From NCBI GenBank assembly GCA_965261585.1, contig CBDHDN010000029.1, forward strand, positions 15,193-79,192: a DNA stretch of 64,000 bases, read 5' to 3'. Made by a program: the position numbers and the translations under genes. The notes beneath the pieces are model-generated. The model had not been told where the DNA came from. It ran no database searches and saw only the letters and a program-made list of their open reading frames with translations. Positions 45,406 through 54,341 of this stretch are shown here, piece by piece. How positions within the stretch are numbered: the stretch's first letter is position 1; each line of letters begins with the position of its first letter. This DNA is from Alphaproteobacteria bacterium. Its GTDB lineage: Bacteria; Pseudomonadota; Alphaproteobacteria; UBA6615.

Positions 45406-48352
45406 GTACTGATGCACGCGCTCCATGCGCCGCCGCATCTCCGCGGTGATGATCTTCGCTTCCGCGGCGTTGCGCACGACCGTCGGTGTCAGCAGCACAA
45501 TCAACTCGGTACGGCGGATCTTTTCCTCGGTGGACCGGAACAGCGCACCGAGAATCGGAATTTTCATAAGCAACGGCACGCCTGTTTGTGTGTTTCGCGT
45601 GCTATCCGAGATCAGCCCGCCGAGGGCAACGGTTTCGCCGCTGTTGACCGCGACCGTGCTGCGGATCGATCTTTGAAAGATGGTTGGCGTCACCGTCGGC
45701 GTCGTCGAGGGCGCCACATCGCTCACCTCCTGTTCGATGTCCAAGGAGACCAGGCCGCCGGCGTTGACACGCGGTGTGACCCGCAAGATGACCCCGGTGT
45801 CGCGGAACTGGATGCTGTTGATGACGGGCGCCTGGCCGTCCGTCACGCTCTGCTCCTGACGCGTCGCCACAGGTACTTGGTCGCCCACCTGAATCTCGGC
45901 GGTCTGGTTGTCCAGCACCAGCAATTCGGGGGACGACACGAGCCTGAGATCGGTAATGGTCGCCAGCGCCTGGAGCGATCGCGCGAAATTCGCGCTGCTG
46001 AAGGCGTAGGAGAAAGTGGGCGTCCCTACCGGGAGGGCCTCGATCAGGAGGGAACGGCGGCCGCTTTGCAGGAAGTAGCGGACGCCGAAGGCAAGGTCGT
46101 CTGTCAAGGTGACTTCGACGAGGGTCGCCTGGATGAGAACCTGCAGCGGGACCGTGTCCAGTTGCCGCAGGGTGGCTTCGATCATGCGATAGGCCTGTTG
46201 CGTCGCCACGACGATGATCGCGTTGTGCTCGGTGTCCGCTATGATCCGCACCCCGCCCGTAGGCGACAGGGCAATGCCGTCACGGCCGGTGCCGGCCGAG
46301 GGCGTCGACGGCGGCACAGGAGGCTCCAGCGCCGGCGGTCCGTCCGCTCCCGCAACGGCCGGTTCAGGCGGCGCGTCGATCTGGATAAGGTCCCGCGGTG
46401 TGGGCCGCGCCGTGTCTGCCCCATCGTCGATGAAGACCGCCTGCAGGGCCGCCGCCAGGTTTTCCGCCCTTGAGTTCTGGACGCGGTACACGAAAGCGCG
46501 ACGTTGCGTGCCGCCCACGCTTTGGTCCAGCCGCTCGATCCATTCCCGCGCCCGCTCCGCCGGCTGATCACGAGAACCGCGTTCACGCGCTCGATCGGCA
46601 CGAACTGGACCAGGCCGGGCCCGGAATCGCCGCCGGATCGAAAAAATATCCGCTCGAGGGTCTCGATGATCGTCAGCGGATCTACGAAACGCAGACGGAA
46701 CAGACCGAACGACATGCCGCTGAGCCAATCGACATCGAAGATGTCGATGACGTCTTGCAGCGCCTCCAGTTCGTCCTCCGTCCCGGACAGCACGAGGACG
46801 TTGCGCACTTCATCCACGCGCAGGATGTTTTCCGTGAGTGCCACCGGCGCCAGAATCTTTTCCATCTCGGCGGCGGACACGTACCTCAGCGGCGCGATGA
46901 GGACACTAAAGCCGTGCCCGCGAACGGGCGAGCGGGCCCGCACCGGAACCCCCGAGTCGGTTGCCTTGGACAGCGGCACGATCTTGTAAAGACTATCGGT
47001 TTGCACTATTGCGGCATTGTTCAACCGCAGGGCCGCCTCCAGGGCGGGCAGCAGCGCATCCCGCGGCAGCGGGCGGCTGGTCTGTATCGTTATCGATCCC
47101 GTTACCTCGGGGTCGATGATGTAGTTGCGCTTCAGGTAGTCGCCAAGTATGGCGGCGGCCACACCGTCGATCTCGGTGCGCACGAAATTGAGCATGACCC
47201 CGTCCTCGGTGTCGAGGATCTCCCCGGACGCCCGATCGCTGGGCGGCCCCAGAAAAATGCCCGTACCGGGGAACACCTCGGCTTGCCGGACGGGGGCCGA
47301 TCGGTCGGCGCGACCGACGGTTCTCGTTGGCTGCGCTTCGGCCGCCTCCGTGGAGGGCCCCAAGCCGCGGTCGCTGCCGGCCACCTGGCCAGCATTAACC
47401 GAGCCATTCTCCACAGGTCTCAGCTGCGATAGCAACGTGCAGCCAGAGAGCGGGACAAGGACCAAGAGAGCCAGGCAGACTGGAGATCTCTTCACGTCGT
47501 CCGATACTCCGTGAAATGCTCAATCGATGATATTTGCGCCACGCTTCTTCGGCGTCGCTTGCCGTAGACGCCCGTCTTTCGCCGCCGTGTCATTGCGCCC
47601 AACCCGGAGGAGTGCTCACTCGTGTCCCCCCACGTTATGCAAGAGCCGGACCAGAAGCCAGCGACCTGTTCCGGTGGCCGTGTCAGACACTTGGGTCGCC
47701 CTCGCCCGCGCAGGCGTGCTTGCGCCGGGCTCTTGCTTATGCCGCAGTGAGCGGGGAGAAATCCGAACCGTGCCAGCAACTCAGCCCCCGCCCCTTACGG
47801 GACAGGTGGCCGGGACGCAGCCCACGGGTGAGTGTGCCAGCCGGATGATCCGCACCACCAGCTACGCGCCAATTGGTGAGAGGTCCGCACCGCACCTGTA
47901 AGAATGTCCGACAGTGCAAAGTGTGGTTAACGAGCAATCGGTCCCAGTGGTCGAGGGAAAATCATTGATTCTTCGGGCCTATTTCCACTTTTTTGGTTTA
48001 CGCCCGCGTTCCGACCACCTGTGAGCGGTGTAAAGTCTACCGACAACGGCTCCGCCCCTGCGTTGCTCTATGTACCAATCGAGACACATCAGGGCGGTGG
48101 CGGCGTAAGCATTTCCGACACCCCGGCGACGGCGGGTGGTCCGTCGCACGGCCGCCGAGCGCCGCGCCTCGTGTTCATCACCCGCGACATCCCAAAGGCT
48201 TCGATCGAACAGTACCTCGCGGAAAGGAAGCGAGGGCCGCAACGCCGGCAGCCGCGCGCTCGGACCCGCGGTAGCTGCAGGTCGAGATCAAACTGTTGAA
48301 CACCCTTGGCGCCTCACCCTCGCCGCCGCAGCATTGTGGGGTTGGGGTGCGC

Positions 48353-48640
48353 CTACTGGCGCGGCAGGGTTTGGGGGTTGGCGAACGGCGGCATGCGCGC
48401 GGCGTCGAGTACGGGCGCGATCTCACCCCCGACCCCGTTGACCGAGTGACAGACGACGCACCCCTTGTCGACGAACAGCGCCCGGCCACGCGCCGGATCC
48501 AATAGCGGGAACAGGATGCTTGGCCCTGCCCGGACCAGCGAGGTGCCCGCATCCTGAGCCGACGCTGGCGGCACAATCGTGGCTGCGGCAAGCGCGGCCG
48601 CCACGATCGTGGCTCGGGCGAAACCGGTTGAGCGTGTCAT
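48353..48640 (-). CDS. small periplasmic c-type cytochrome, possibly 3'-truncated
   Basis: Inside ORF 48353..48751, with ATG at 48640. Signal peptide ending PPASAQD, a single CVVCH haem motif and GGEIAPVLD. The product is only 95 aa, and no convincing gene follows downstream. Confidence 0.4.
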   Translation of the reverse strand: MTRSTGFARATIVAAALAAATIVPPASAQDAGTSLVRAGPSILFPLLDPARGRALFVDKGCVVCHSVNGVGGEIAPVLDAARMPPFANPQTLPRQ

Positions 48641-49101
48641 GCGTTGGCGCGGCGAAGCCTGGAAGGCACGGTCCGCCTTTCTCGGCGGCGAACCCGGCCG
48701 GCGCGGCCTCGGCGGCAGTCTGTGAGGTATTGACCTGAGTCCTGATTTCATCGAGTTGCGCGCTGCTGGCGCAGCCTGCCCGCGCCGAGCAGGACCGGCT
48801 TGATCAGCTTCGTTGTTCTTGCGGGCATGGCGTGCCGCCGACGTTGCTTGCGGGGTCGAAAATCGGCCATGGCCCCGATGGGCGCCTTGATGCGCATCAA
48901 TCGCGCGGTCGCCATGCGGCAGCGCAGGCGCGCCGGATCAAGGCCCCCCGCTTCGCGGTACCGCACAACCAGGCGTGGGCTACTACGTGGTTTCGCCGGC
49001 CGGCCGGCGCGAAAAATCCCTGAAAGTACGGGTCTTAGGCCGGGGTAAAGGAACCTGTCGGACGATGCGGGTGAACGCCACAATCGTCCGAGGCCCATGC
49101 C

Positions 49102-49539
49102 ATGCCACGGTTCCGCATCGAGACGGCGGGCTTGATCGTGCTCGCGGCGGCGCTGTCGGCCTGTGCATCGGCGCCGCCCGCCGGTATCGCCGGCCAGCGC
49201 ACGGCCGCGGCCGGCCCCGGCGAGGTCAGGCCGGCATCGCTGTATAGCGAACGCGGGCTGGCCTCGTGGTATGGCGAGCGCTACCACGGCCGCACGACGG
49301 CCAGCGGTGCCCGCTCCGACATGAACGCGATGACCGCGGCCCACCGCATGCTGCCCTTCGGCACCCGCGTCAACGGCACGAACCTGGAGAACGGGCGCGC
49401 GGCCGTCGTGACGATCAACGACCGCGGGCCGTTCATCGCCGGCCGCATCATCGACGTCTCCCGCCGGGCCGCCGGGCACTTGGGCTTCAGGCACCAGGGC
49501 CTCGCCCGTGTTGGTGTCGAGGCCCTGGCCGGCAGCTGA
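49102..49539 (+). CDS. rlpA: septal-ring lytic transglycosylase RlpA-family lipoprotein (DPBB domain)
   Basis: Lipobox AAALSAC. GLASWYGERYHGRTTASGARSDMNAMTAAHRMLPFGTRV...VVTINDRGPFIAGRIIDVS. Confidence 0.8.
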   Translation: MPRFRIETAGLIVLAAALSACASAPPAGIAGQRTAAAGPGEVRPASLYSERGLASWYGERYHGRTTASGARSDMNAMTAAHRMLPFGTRVNGTNLENGRAAVVTINDRGPFIAGRIIDVSRRAAGHLGFRHQGLARVGVEALAGS

Positions 49540-49603
49540 CGCGCCACGTGCGCCTCCCCATCCGTGCTACGGTCGTGGTCAGGCGGCACGAGCGGGGGCG
49601 ACG

Positions 49604-51820
49604 GTGATCCCATTGACCGGCTACGGCGACCGCCTGTCGGCGCGGCCCGGCGAGAGCATCGCGTTCAAGGTTTCCAGCACCGCGGTTGAGCCCTACACGG
49701 CGCGGCTCGTCCGCAGCGTCTGTGCCGATCCCAATCCGGCCGGCCCCGGGCGGATCGAGGAGGCCGTCGAGGCCGCGTTCGCCGGCACCTATCCGTCGCG
49801 CATCCAGCCGTTCCATCCCGGCTCGTACGCCCGGACTGAATCGGACAAGCCGCTGCCGGCGGTCGAGAGCTTCACCATTGTCGCGACGATCTGGCCGACG
49901 ACGCCGGCCCACGGCGAGCAGGCGATCGTTGCCCATTGGGACGCGGCGACGGAGGCCGGCTTCGCGCTGCTGATCGGCGCCGGCGGCGACTTGACGGCGC
50001 GCATCGGCAGCGCCGACGGACCGGCTGAGTTGGGCCTCGGCATCCCGCTGCGCGTGCGCCAGTGGTATCGCGTCTGGGCCAGCTATGACGCGGCCAGCCG
50101 GACCCTCGCGGTCGGCCAGATGCCGCTCGCCAACCCGCTGGCCGTGGCGCAAGCCGGCGCGGCCAGCCAAGCCATCGCGGCCGCGCCCCGCCTGGCGGCC
50201 GCCGGCCCGGTGATGATTGCCGCGCTGGCCGGCCACACCGCCTACTTCAACGGCAAGATCGAGGCGCCGGCGATCTTCGATTGCGCCCTCGCCGGCGCCG
50301 CGTTGGACGCCGCGTGCGCGGGTGCCCCGGGCGCGGGCGGCGCCGCTTCGGGCCTCGTCGCGCGCTGGGATTTCTCCCGTGACATCGACACGCTGCGGGT
50401 CGAGGATAGCGGCCCCAACGGCCTTCACGGCCACATCGTCAACCTGCCGGCGCGCGGCATGACCGGCGCCGCGTGGACGGGGCATGAGACCTGCTGGCGC
50501 CACGCGCCGGCCGAATACGGCGCCATCCATTTCCACGACGACGACATCTACAACTGCAACTGGGCGACCGACTTCGTCTTCACGATCCCTGCCGACCTCG
50601 ACAGCGGCGTCTATGGCGTGCGCCTGACCTGCGGTGACGACGAGGATACGATCCCGTTCTACGTCTGCCCGCCGCGGGGCGAGCGCACCGCCGATCTTTG
50701 CGTCCTCGCGTCGGTCTTCACCCACGTCGTTTACGGCAACTACGCGCGCCCCGACTTCGGGCCGCTTTGGCGTGAGCGCGCGGCCGCCTGGGACGCCTAT
50801 CCCCACAACCCGTGGGACCACCCGGAATACGGCTTCTCGACCTACAACTTCCACAGCGACGGCAGCGGCATCTGTCACGCCTCGCATCTGCGTCCGCTGA
50901 TGAGCCTGCGGCCCGGCTACTTCAATTTCAGCACCGGCGACGGCTCGGGCCTGCGCCATTTCCAGGCCGACAGCCATTTGATCGCCTGGCTGGAACGCAT
51001 GGGCTACGCCTATGATGTCGTCACCGACCGCGAGCTGCACGAGGACGGCGCGGCGGTGCTGGCCGGCTACCGCGCGGTGACGACGGGCAGCCACCCCGAA
51101 TACCACACCGCCGCGACCCTCGATGCGCTCGAGGGCTACCGTGACCGCGGCGGCAACCTGCTCTACCTCGGCGGCAACGGCTTCTATTGGAAGGTCGCGC
51201 TGCACCGGGAGGAGCCGGGAGCGATCGAGATCCGCCGCGGCGAGGGCGGCATCCGCGCCTGGGCGGCCGAGCCCGGCGAGTACTTCAACGCCTTCGATGG
51301 CGAATATGGCGGCCTGTGGCGGCGCAACGGCCGCCCGCCGCAGCGCCTGGCCGGCGTCGGCTTCTCAGGCCAGGGGCTGTTCGAGGGCACTTACTATCGC
51401 CCCCGGCCGGCGGCCGCGGACCCGCGCGTCGCCTGGATGTTCGCCGGCATCGACGACGAGCGCCTCGGCGATTTCGGCTTCTCCGGCGGCGGCGCCGCGG
51501 GCTTCGAGCTCGACCGCGCCGATAGCCGCCTCGGCACGCCCGAGAACGCCATCGTCGTCGCCTCCTCGGAGGGCCACCAGGACCATTTCGTGCTCGTGCC
51601 CGAGGAGCACCTGACCCACGTCAGCACCTGGAGCGGCGAGCGAGAGGACGAGCTCATCCGCGCCGACATGACCTATTTCGAGACGCCCAGCGGCGGCGCC
51701 GTCTTCGCCACCGGCTCGATCACGTTCTGCGGCAGCCTGCCGTGGAACGACTTCGACAACAACATCTCGCGCCTGCTGGCCAACGTGATGAACCGCTTCC
51801 TCGGCCGTGACGGCGCCTGA
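49604..51820 (+). CDS. N,N-dimethylformamidase large (beta) subunit-like protein
   Basis: ORF 49508..51820, likely GTG at 49604. VIPLTGYGDRLSARPGESIAFKVSS...YTARLVRSVCADPNPAGPGRIEE resembles the DMFase large-subunit N-terminus. Length is about 738 aa. Substrate unknown. Confidence 0.55.
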   Translation: MIPLTGYGDRLSARPGESIAFKVSSTAVEPYTARLVRSVCADPNPAGPGRIEEAVEAAFAGTYPSRIQPFHPGSYARTESDKPLPAVESFTIVATIWPTTPAHGEQAIVAHWDAATEAGFALLIGAGGDLTARIGSADGPAELGLGIPLRVRQWYRVWASYDAASRTLAVGQMPLANPLAVAQAGAASQAIAAAPRLAAAGPVMIAALAGHTAYFNGKIEAPAIFDCALAGAALDAACAGAPGAGGAASGLVARWDFSRDIDTLRVEDSGPNGLHGHIVNLPARGMTGAAWTGHETCWRHAPAEYGAIHFHDDDIYNCNWATDFVFTIPADLDSGVYGVRLTCGDDEDTIPFYVCPPRGERTADLCVLASVFTHVVYGNYARPDFGPLWRERAAAWDAYPHNPWDHPEYGFSTYNFHSDGSGICHASHLRPLMSLRPGYFNFSTGDGSGLRHFQADSHLIAWLERMGYAYDVVTDRELHEDGAAVLAGYRAVTTGSHPEYHTAATLDALEGYRDRGGNLLYLGGNGFYWKVALHREEPGAIEIRRGEGGIRAWAAEPGEYFNAFDGEYGGLWRRNGRPPQRLAGVGFSGQGLFEGTYYRPRPAAADPRVAWMFAGIDDERLGDFGFSGGGAAGFELDRADSRLGTPENAIVVASSEGHQDHFVLVPEEHLTHVSTWSGEREDELIRADMTYFETPSGGAVFATGSITFCGSLPWNDFDNNISRLLANVMNRFLGRDGA

Positions 51821-51828
51821 CCGTAGGC

Positions 51829-52575
51829 TCAGCCGTCGCGCAGCTTCAGCGCCAGCACCGGATCGTCGGTCGTGAGCGTGGTGAGCCCGAGGTCGAGGCA
51901 CCGCCGGATCGCCGGCGCGTCGTGGGCCGACCAGGCGCCCAGTGCGAGACCCGCATCGCGGCAGGCGGCCTGCGCGGCCGCGCCTATCGTGTCCGCCCGC
52001 AGGCCGAGCTCCGGGATCGCCGCGTCCCGCGCCAACCCGATCAGCCGCGGCAGGCCGACCGACGCCAGCACCGGTGGGTTGATCAGCCAGATCAGCCGTC
52101 GCGGGACAGCCGCGCGGCGAAACGTGACAAGGGTGTCCAGCAGGAACGAGGTCACGACCGTGCGGTCCAGCATGCCGTGCGCCCGCAGGATCGCCGCAAC
52201 CCGCCGCTCCAGGCCGTCATAGCGCCGGAAGTCCGGCCCGGCCTTGATCTCCAGCCGCAGGTCGATTGCTGTCCCGGTGAAGATCGCGATCACCTCGGCC
52301 AGCGTCGGGATACGCTCGCCATCGGTGCCGTTCAGCGTCACTTGCTGCACCTCGGCCCAGTCGTGCGCGGCGATCGCGCCGCCGCCGCTCGTCGTCCGCT
52401 CGAGCGTCGGGTCGTGATGCACGACGACGCCGCCGTCGCGCGTCTGGTGCACATCGAACTCGACCAGCTCGACCGTCAGCCGCGCCGTTTCGCGAAACGC
52501 CGTCGGGCTGTTCTCCGGCCACAGCGCGGTGCCGCCGCGGTGGGCCGCGATCGCCGTCCGCGTGGCGCCGGTCAT
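51829..52575 (-). CDS. glycerophosphodiester phosphodiesterase family protein
   Basis: ORF 51829..52674 with ATG at 52575. IAAHRGGTALWPENSPTAF, VEFDVHQTRDGGVVVHHDPTL and IPTLAEV are GDPD motifs. Confidence 0.8.
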   Translation of the reverse strand: MTGATRTAIAAHRGGTALWPENSPTAFRETARLTVELVEFDVHQTRDGGVVVHHDPTLERTTSGGGAIAAHDWAEVQQVTLNGTDGERIPTLAEVIAIFTGTAIDLRLEIKAGPDFRRYDGLERRVAAILRAHGMLDRTVVTSFLLDTLVTFRRAAVPRRLIWLINPPVLASVGLPRLIGLARDAAIPELGLRADTIGAAAQAACRDAGLALGAWSAHDAPAIRRCLDLGLTTLTTDDPVLALKLRDG

Positions 52576-52736
52576 GGCGCGGCCAACGGATCGCTTGTTT
52601 GCTCCATCGGGCAGCACTACCACATCGGCCCGCCGCCCGGGCTGCGGACACAATCGCGCGAGGGGCTTGCACACCGCCGCCGCGGCTGGAAGGGTGCGGC
52701 GACACTGGGCAAGGCACGAACGACACGAGGGGAGCC

Positions 52737-53253
52737 ATGGAAGCCGAAGCGTTACGGGAAATGCAGGCGCCGTTGAAGGCGCACTACGCCGAAGTGCCGC
52801 AAGCCGCGGTCATCACCCTGAAGGCCAGCGGCGAACTCGGCTCCGAGACGCTTACCTGCAAGGTCGACACCGGCCGCGCCATCGCCGAGGCCGGCCTGCA
52901 CCCGGCGACCGGCGGCAGTGGCGCCCACCTGTGCTCCGGCGACATGCTACTCGAGGCGCTCGTTGCCTGCGCCGGCGTCACCATGGCGGCGGTCGCCACG
53001 GCCATCGGCGTGCCGATCCGCAGCGGCACGGTCAGCGCCGAGGGCGACCTCGACTTCCGTGGCACGCTCGGCGTGGCCAAGGACGCCCCGGTCGGCTTCC
53101 GCGAGATCCGCCTCGCGTTCGCCCTCGACACCGACGCCGGCGAGGAGCAGCTGCAGACGCTTCTGAAGCTGACCGAGCGCTACTGCGTCGTCTTTCCAGA
53201 CCATCAACGCGAAGCCGACCCTCAAGGTCAGCCACACCGCCACGAACGGCTGA
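52737..53253 (+). pseudogene. osmC: OsmC-family peroxiredoxin-like protein with a frameshift 18 codons before the natural stop
   Basis: ATG at 52737 follows GAGGGGA. Typical OsmC body (GSGAHLCSGDMLLEALVACAGVTM...LTERYCVVF). After 53195 the given frame becomes Arg/Pro junk. Dropping one base at 53196 gives QTINAKPTLKVSHTATNG* with the stop at 53251-53253. Confidence 0.6.
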
Positions 53254-53277
53254 CGCCGGTCAACCGGCGGCGCCGCG

Positions 53278-53751
53278 TCACTCGTCCCACAACCCGTGCC
53301 GGCGGTGCCACTGCTCGATCGACTCCGACGGGTATTCATCGAACCGGTCGATAGTGTCGCCGTCGTGCGGCGCCGCCCAAGGCGCGGCCGAGGCCAGCAT
53401 GATATCGACAAAGGCCGGCGGCCGAGCCAGCGGCGTATCGATCGCCGACGCGTGCGGATGCACGAGTTCCGGCCAGCGCGGATCGAACACCCATAGGGGC
53501 GAGCCGCAGGTCTTGCAGAAGTGCCGCCGGGCCGGGCTGACCTGGCCGTCGATGCGCGCCTGGTAGACGCCGATGTTCTCATCGCCGGTAACGTTCAGCG
53601 TCGGCGCAGCGGCGCTCAGGTTGATCGCGAAGCCGCCGGCGCCGGCCGTCTTGCGGCAGATCGAGCAATGGCAGCGCATGTAGGGCGCCGGCCCGTGCGA
53701 CTCCACCGTGAACGTCACGGCACCGCAATGGCAGGACCCCTCAAGCCGCAT
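53278..53751 (-). CDS. GFA (glutathione-dependent formaldehyde-activating/CENP-V) family zinc protein
   Basis: Inside ORF 53278..53919, with ATG at 53751. MRLEGSCHCGAVTFTV...RCHCSICRK...HFCKTCGSPLW carries the Cys ligand pattern of the GFA fold. Confidence 0.75.
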   Translation of the reverse strand: MRLEGSCHCGAVTFTVESHGPAPYMRCHCSICRKTAGAGGFAINLSAAAPTLNVTGDENIGVYQARIDGQVSPARRHFCKTCGSPLWVFDPRWPELVHPHASAIDTPLARPPAFVDIMLASAAPWAAPHDGDTIDRFDEYPSESIEQWHRRHGLWDE

Positions 53752-53783
53752 CAGCGATCCACCGTTGGCATGTGGCGCGTTGC

Positions 53784-53877
53784 CCCCCACCCCGACCGTC
53801 CCGCCTTTGGGGGGAGGGAGCAGAGTGCTGCCCCGATTCTCCCTCCCCCAAGGGCGGGAGGGTCGGGGTGGGGGGTG
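53784..53877. repeat. REP-like nested palindrome, family B
   Basis: CCCCCCACCCCGACCGTCCCGCCTTTGGGGGGAGGGAG...CTCCCTCCCCCAAGGGCGGGAGGGTCGGGGTGGGGGG. Same architecture as 11865-11968. Confidence 0.6.
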
Positions 53878-54341
53878 AAACGATAGTGCGCACTGGCCGC
53901 CCCCTGAGCATTGTTTCAATGCGCCGTGCCTAGAGCCGGGGCTCGATGCGCCGAGGCGGCCCCGCGACGGATTCAGGCTTAGGTTCCGGTTCCCGCCCAG
54001 GGCCCTGTTCGGATGGTCGGCGCCGCAGCAGAAGATAGCCGGGCACGAGGAAGATCAGGCCGCCAAAGCCGAACAGCACAGCCGCCCCGATGTTGTCGGC
54101 CGCGGCGAACGGCTCGTTGCCGGGTTGGCCGAGGTCCAAAATACCGGCCACGGCAAATGTGATCAGGCGAGCCAGCAGAGCCAGACTCACAAGACCGCAG
54201 AGCAGCATCCCGCGGCCCCACGCCACCGCGGGGCGCCGGGCGGTCAGGCCCAACGCCAGCACGACGGCGAGCACGATCAACGGCGCGACCGTCGCAGCGG
54301 CGGCCGTATCCCACTCGACCGACAGCGCAAGCAGCGTGCTG

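Larger units (their letters stand above)
43881..47495 (-). pseudogene. gspD: GspD-type secretin, inactivated by one frameshift and an IS insertion in its 3' end
   Basis: GTG at 47495 gives a lipobox N-terminus (LVLVPLSGC) and N0/N1 domains in ORF 46239..47495. The frame changes at about 46555-46568 into ORF 45364..46728, which holds the secretin domain (...VNSGETVALGGLISD...VPLLMKIPILGALFRS...ELIVLLTPTVV). The ISNCY-like copy interrupts after ...RRRMERVHQY. The original tail LQRVPGLDSLTKPPQEGEPTKDNDALPNSDEQTE* reads on at 43985-43881. Confidence 0.75.

Noticed and set aside
43775-45412. 545-aa and 587-aa (54125..55888) plus-strand ORFs covering the ISNCY-like copies
   Set aside because: They are out-of-frame readings of the transposase gene plus flanks, Gly/Arg/Pro-rich. 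The 391-aa frame carries the HTH and DDE motifs.
47740-47880. Riboswitch-like string GAGCGGGGAGAAATCCGAACCGTGCCAGCAACTCAGCCCCCGCC
   Set aside because: It resembles a cobalamin-riboswitch core only superficially. The ACTGT, GCCACTG and B12-box elements are missing, and no regulated gene follows in the right orientation.
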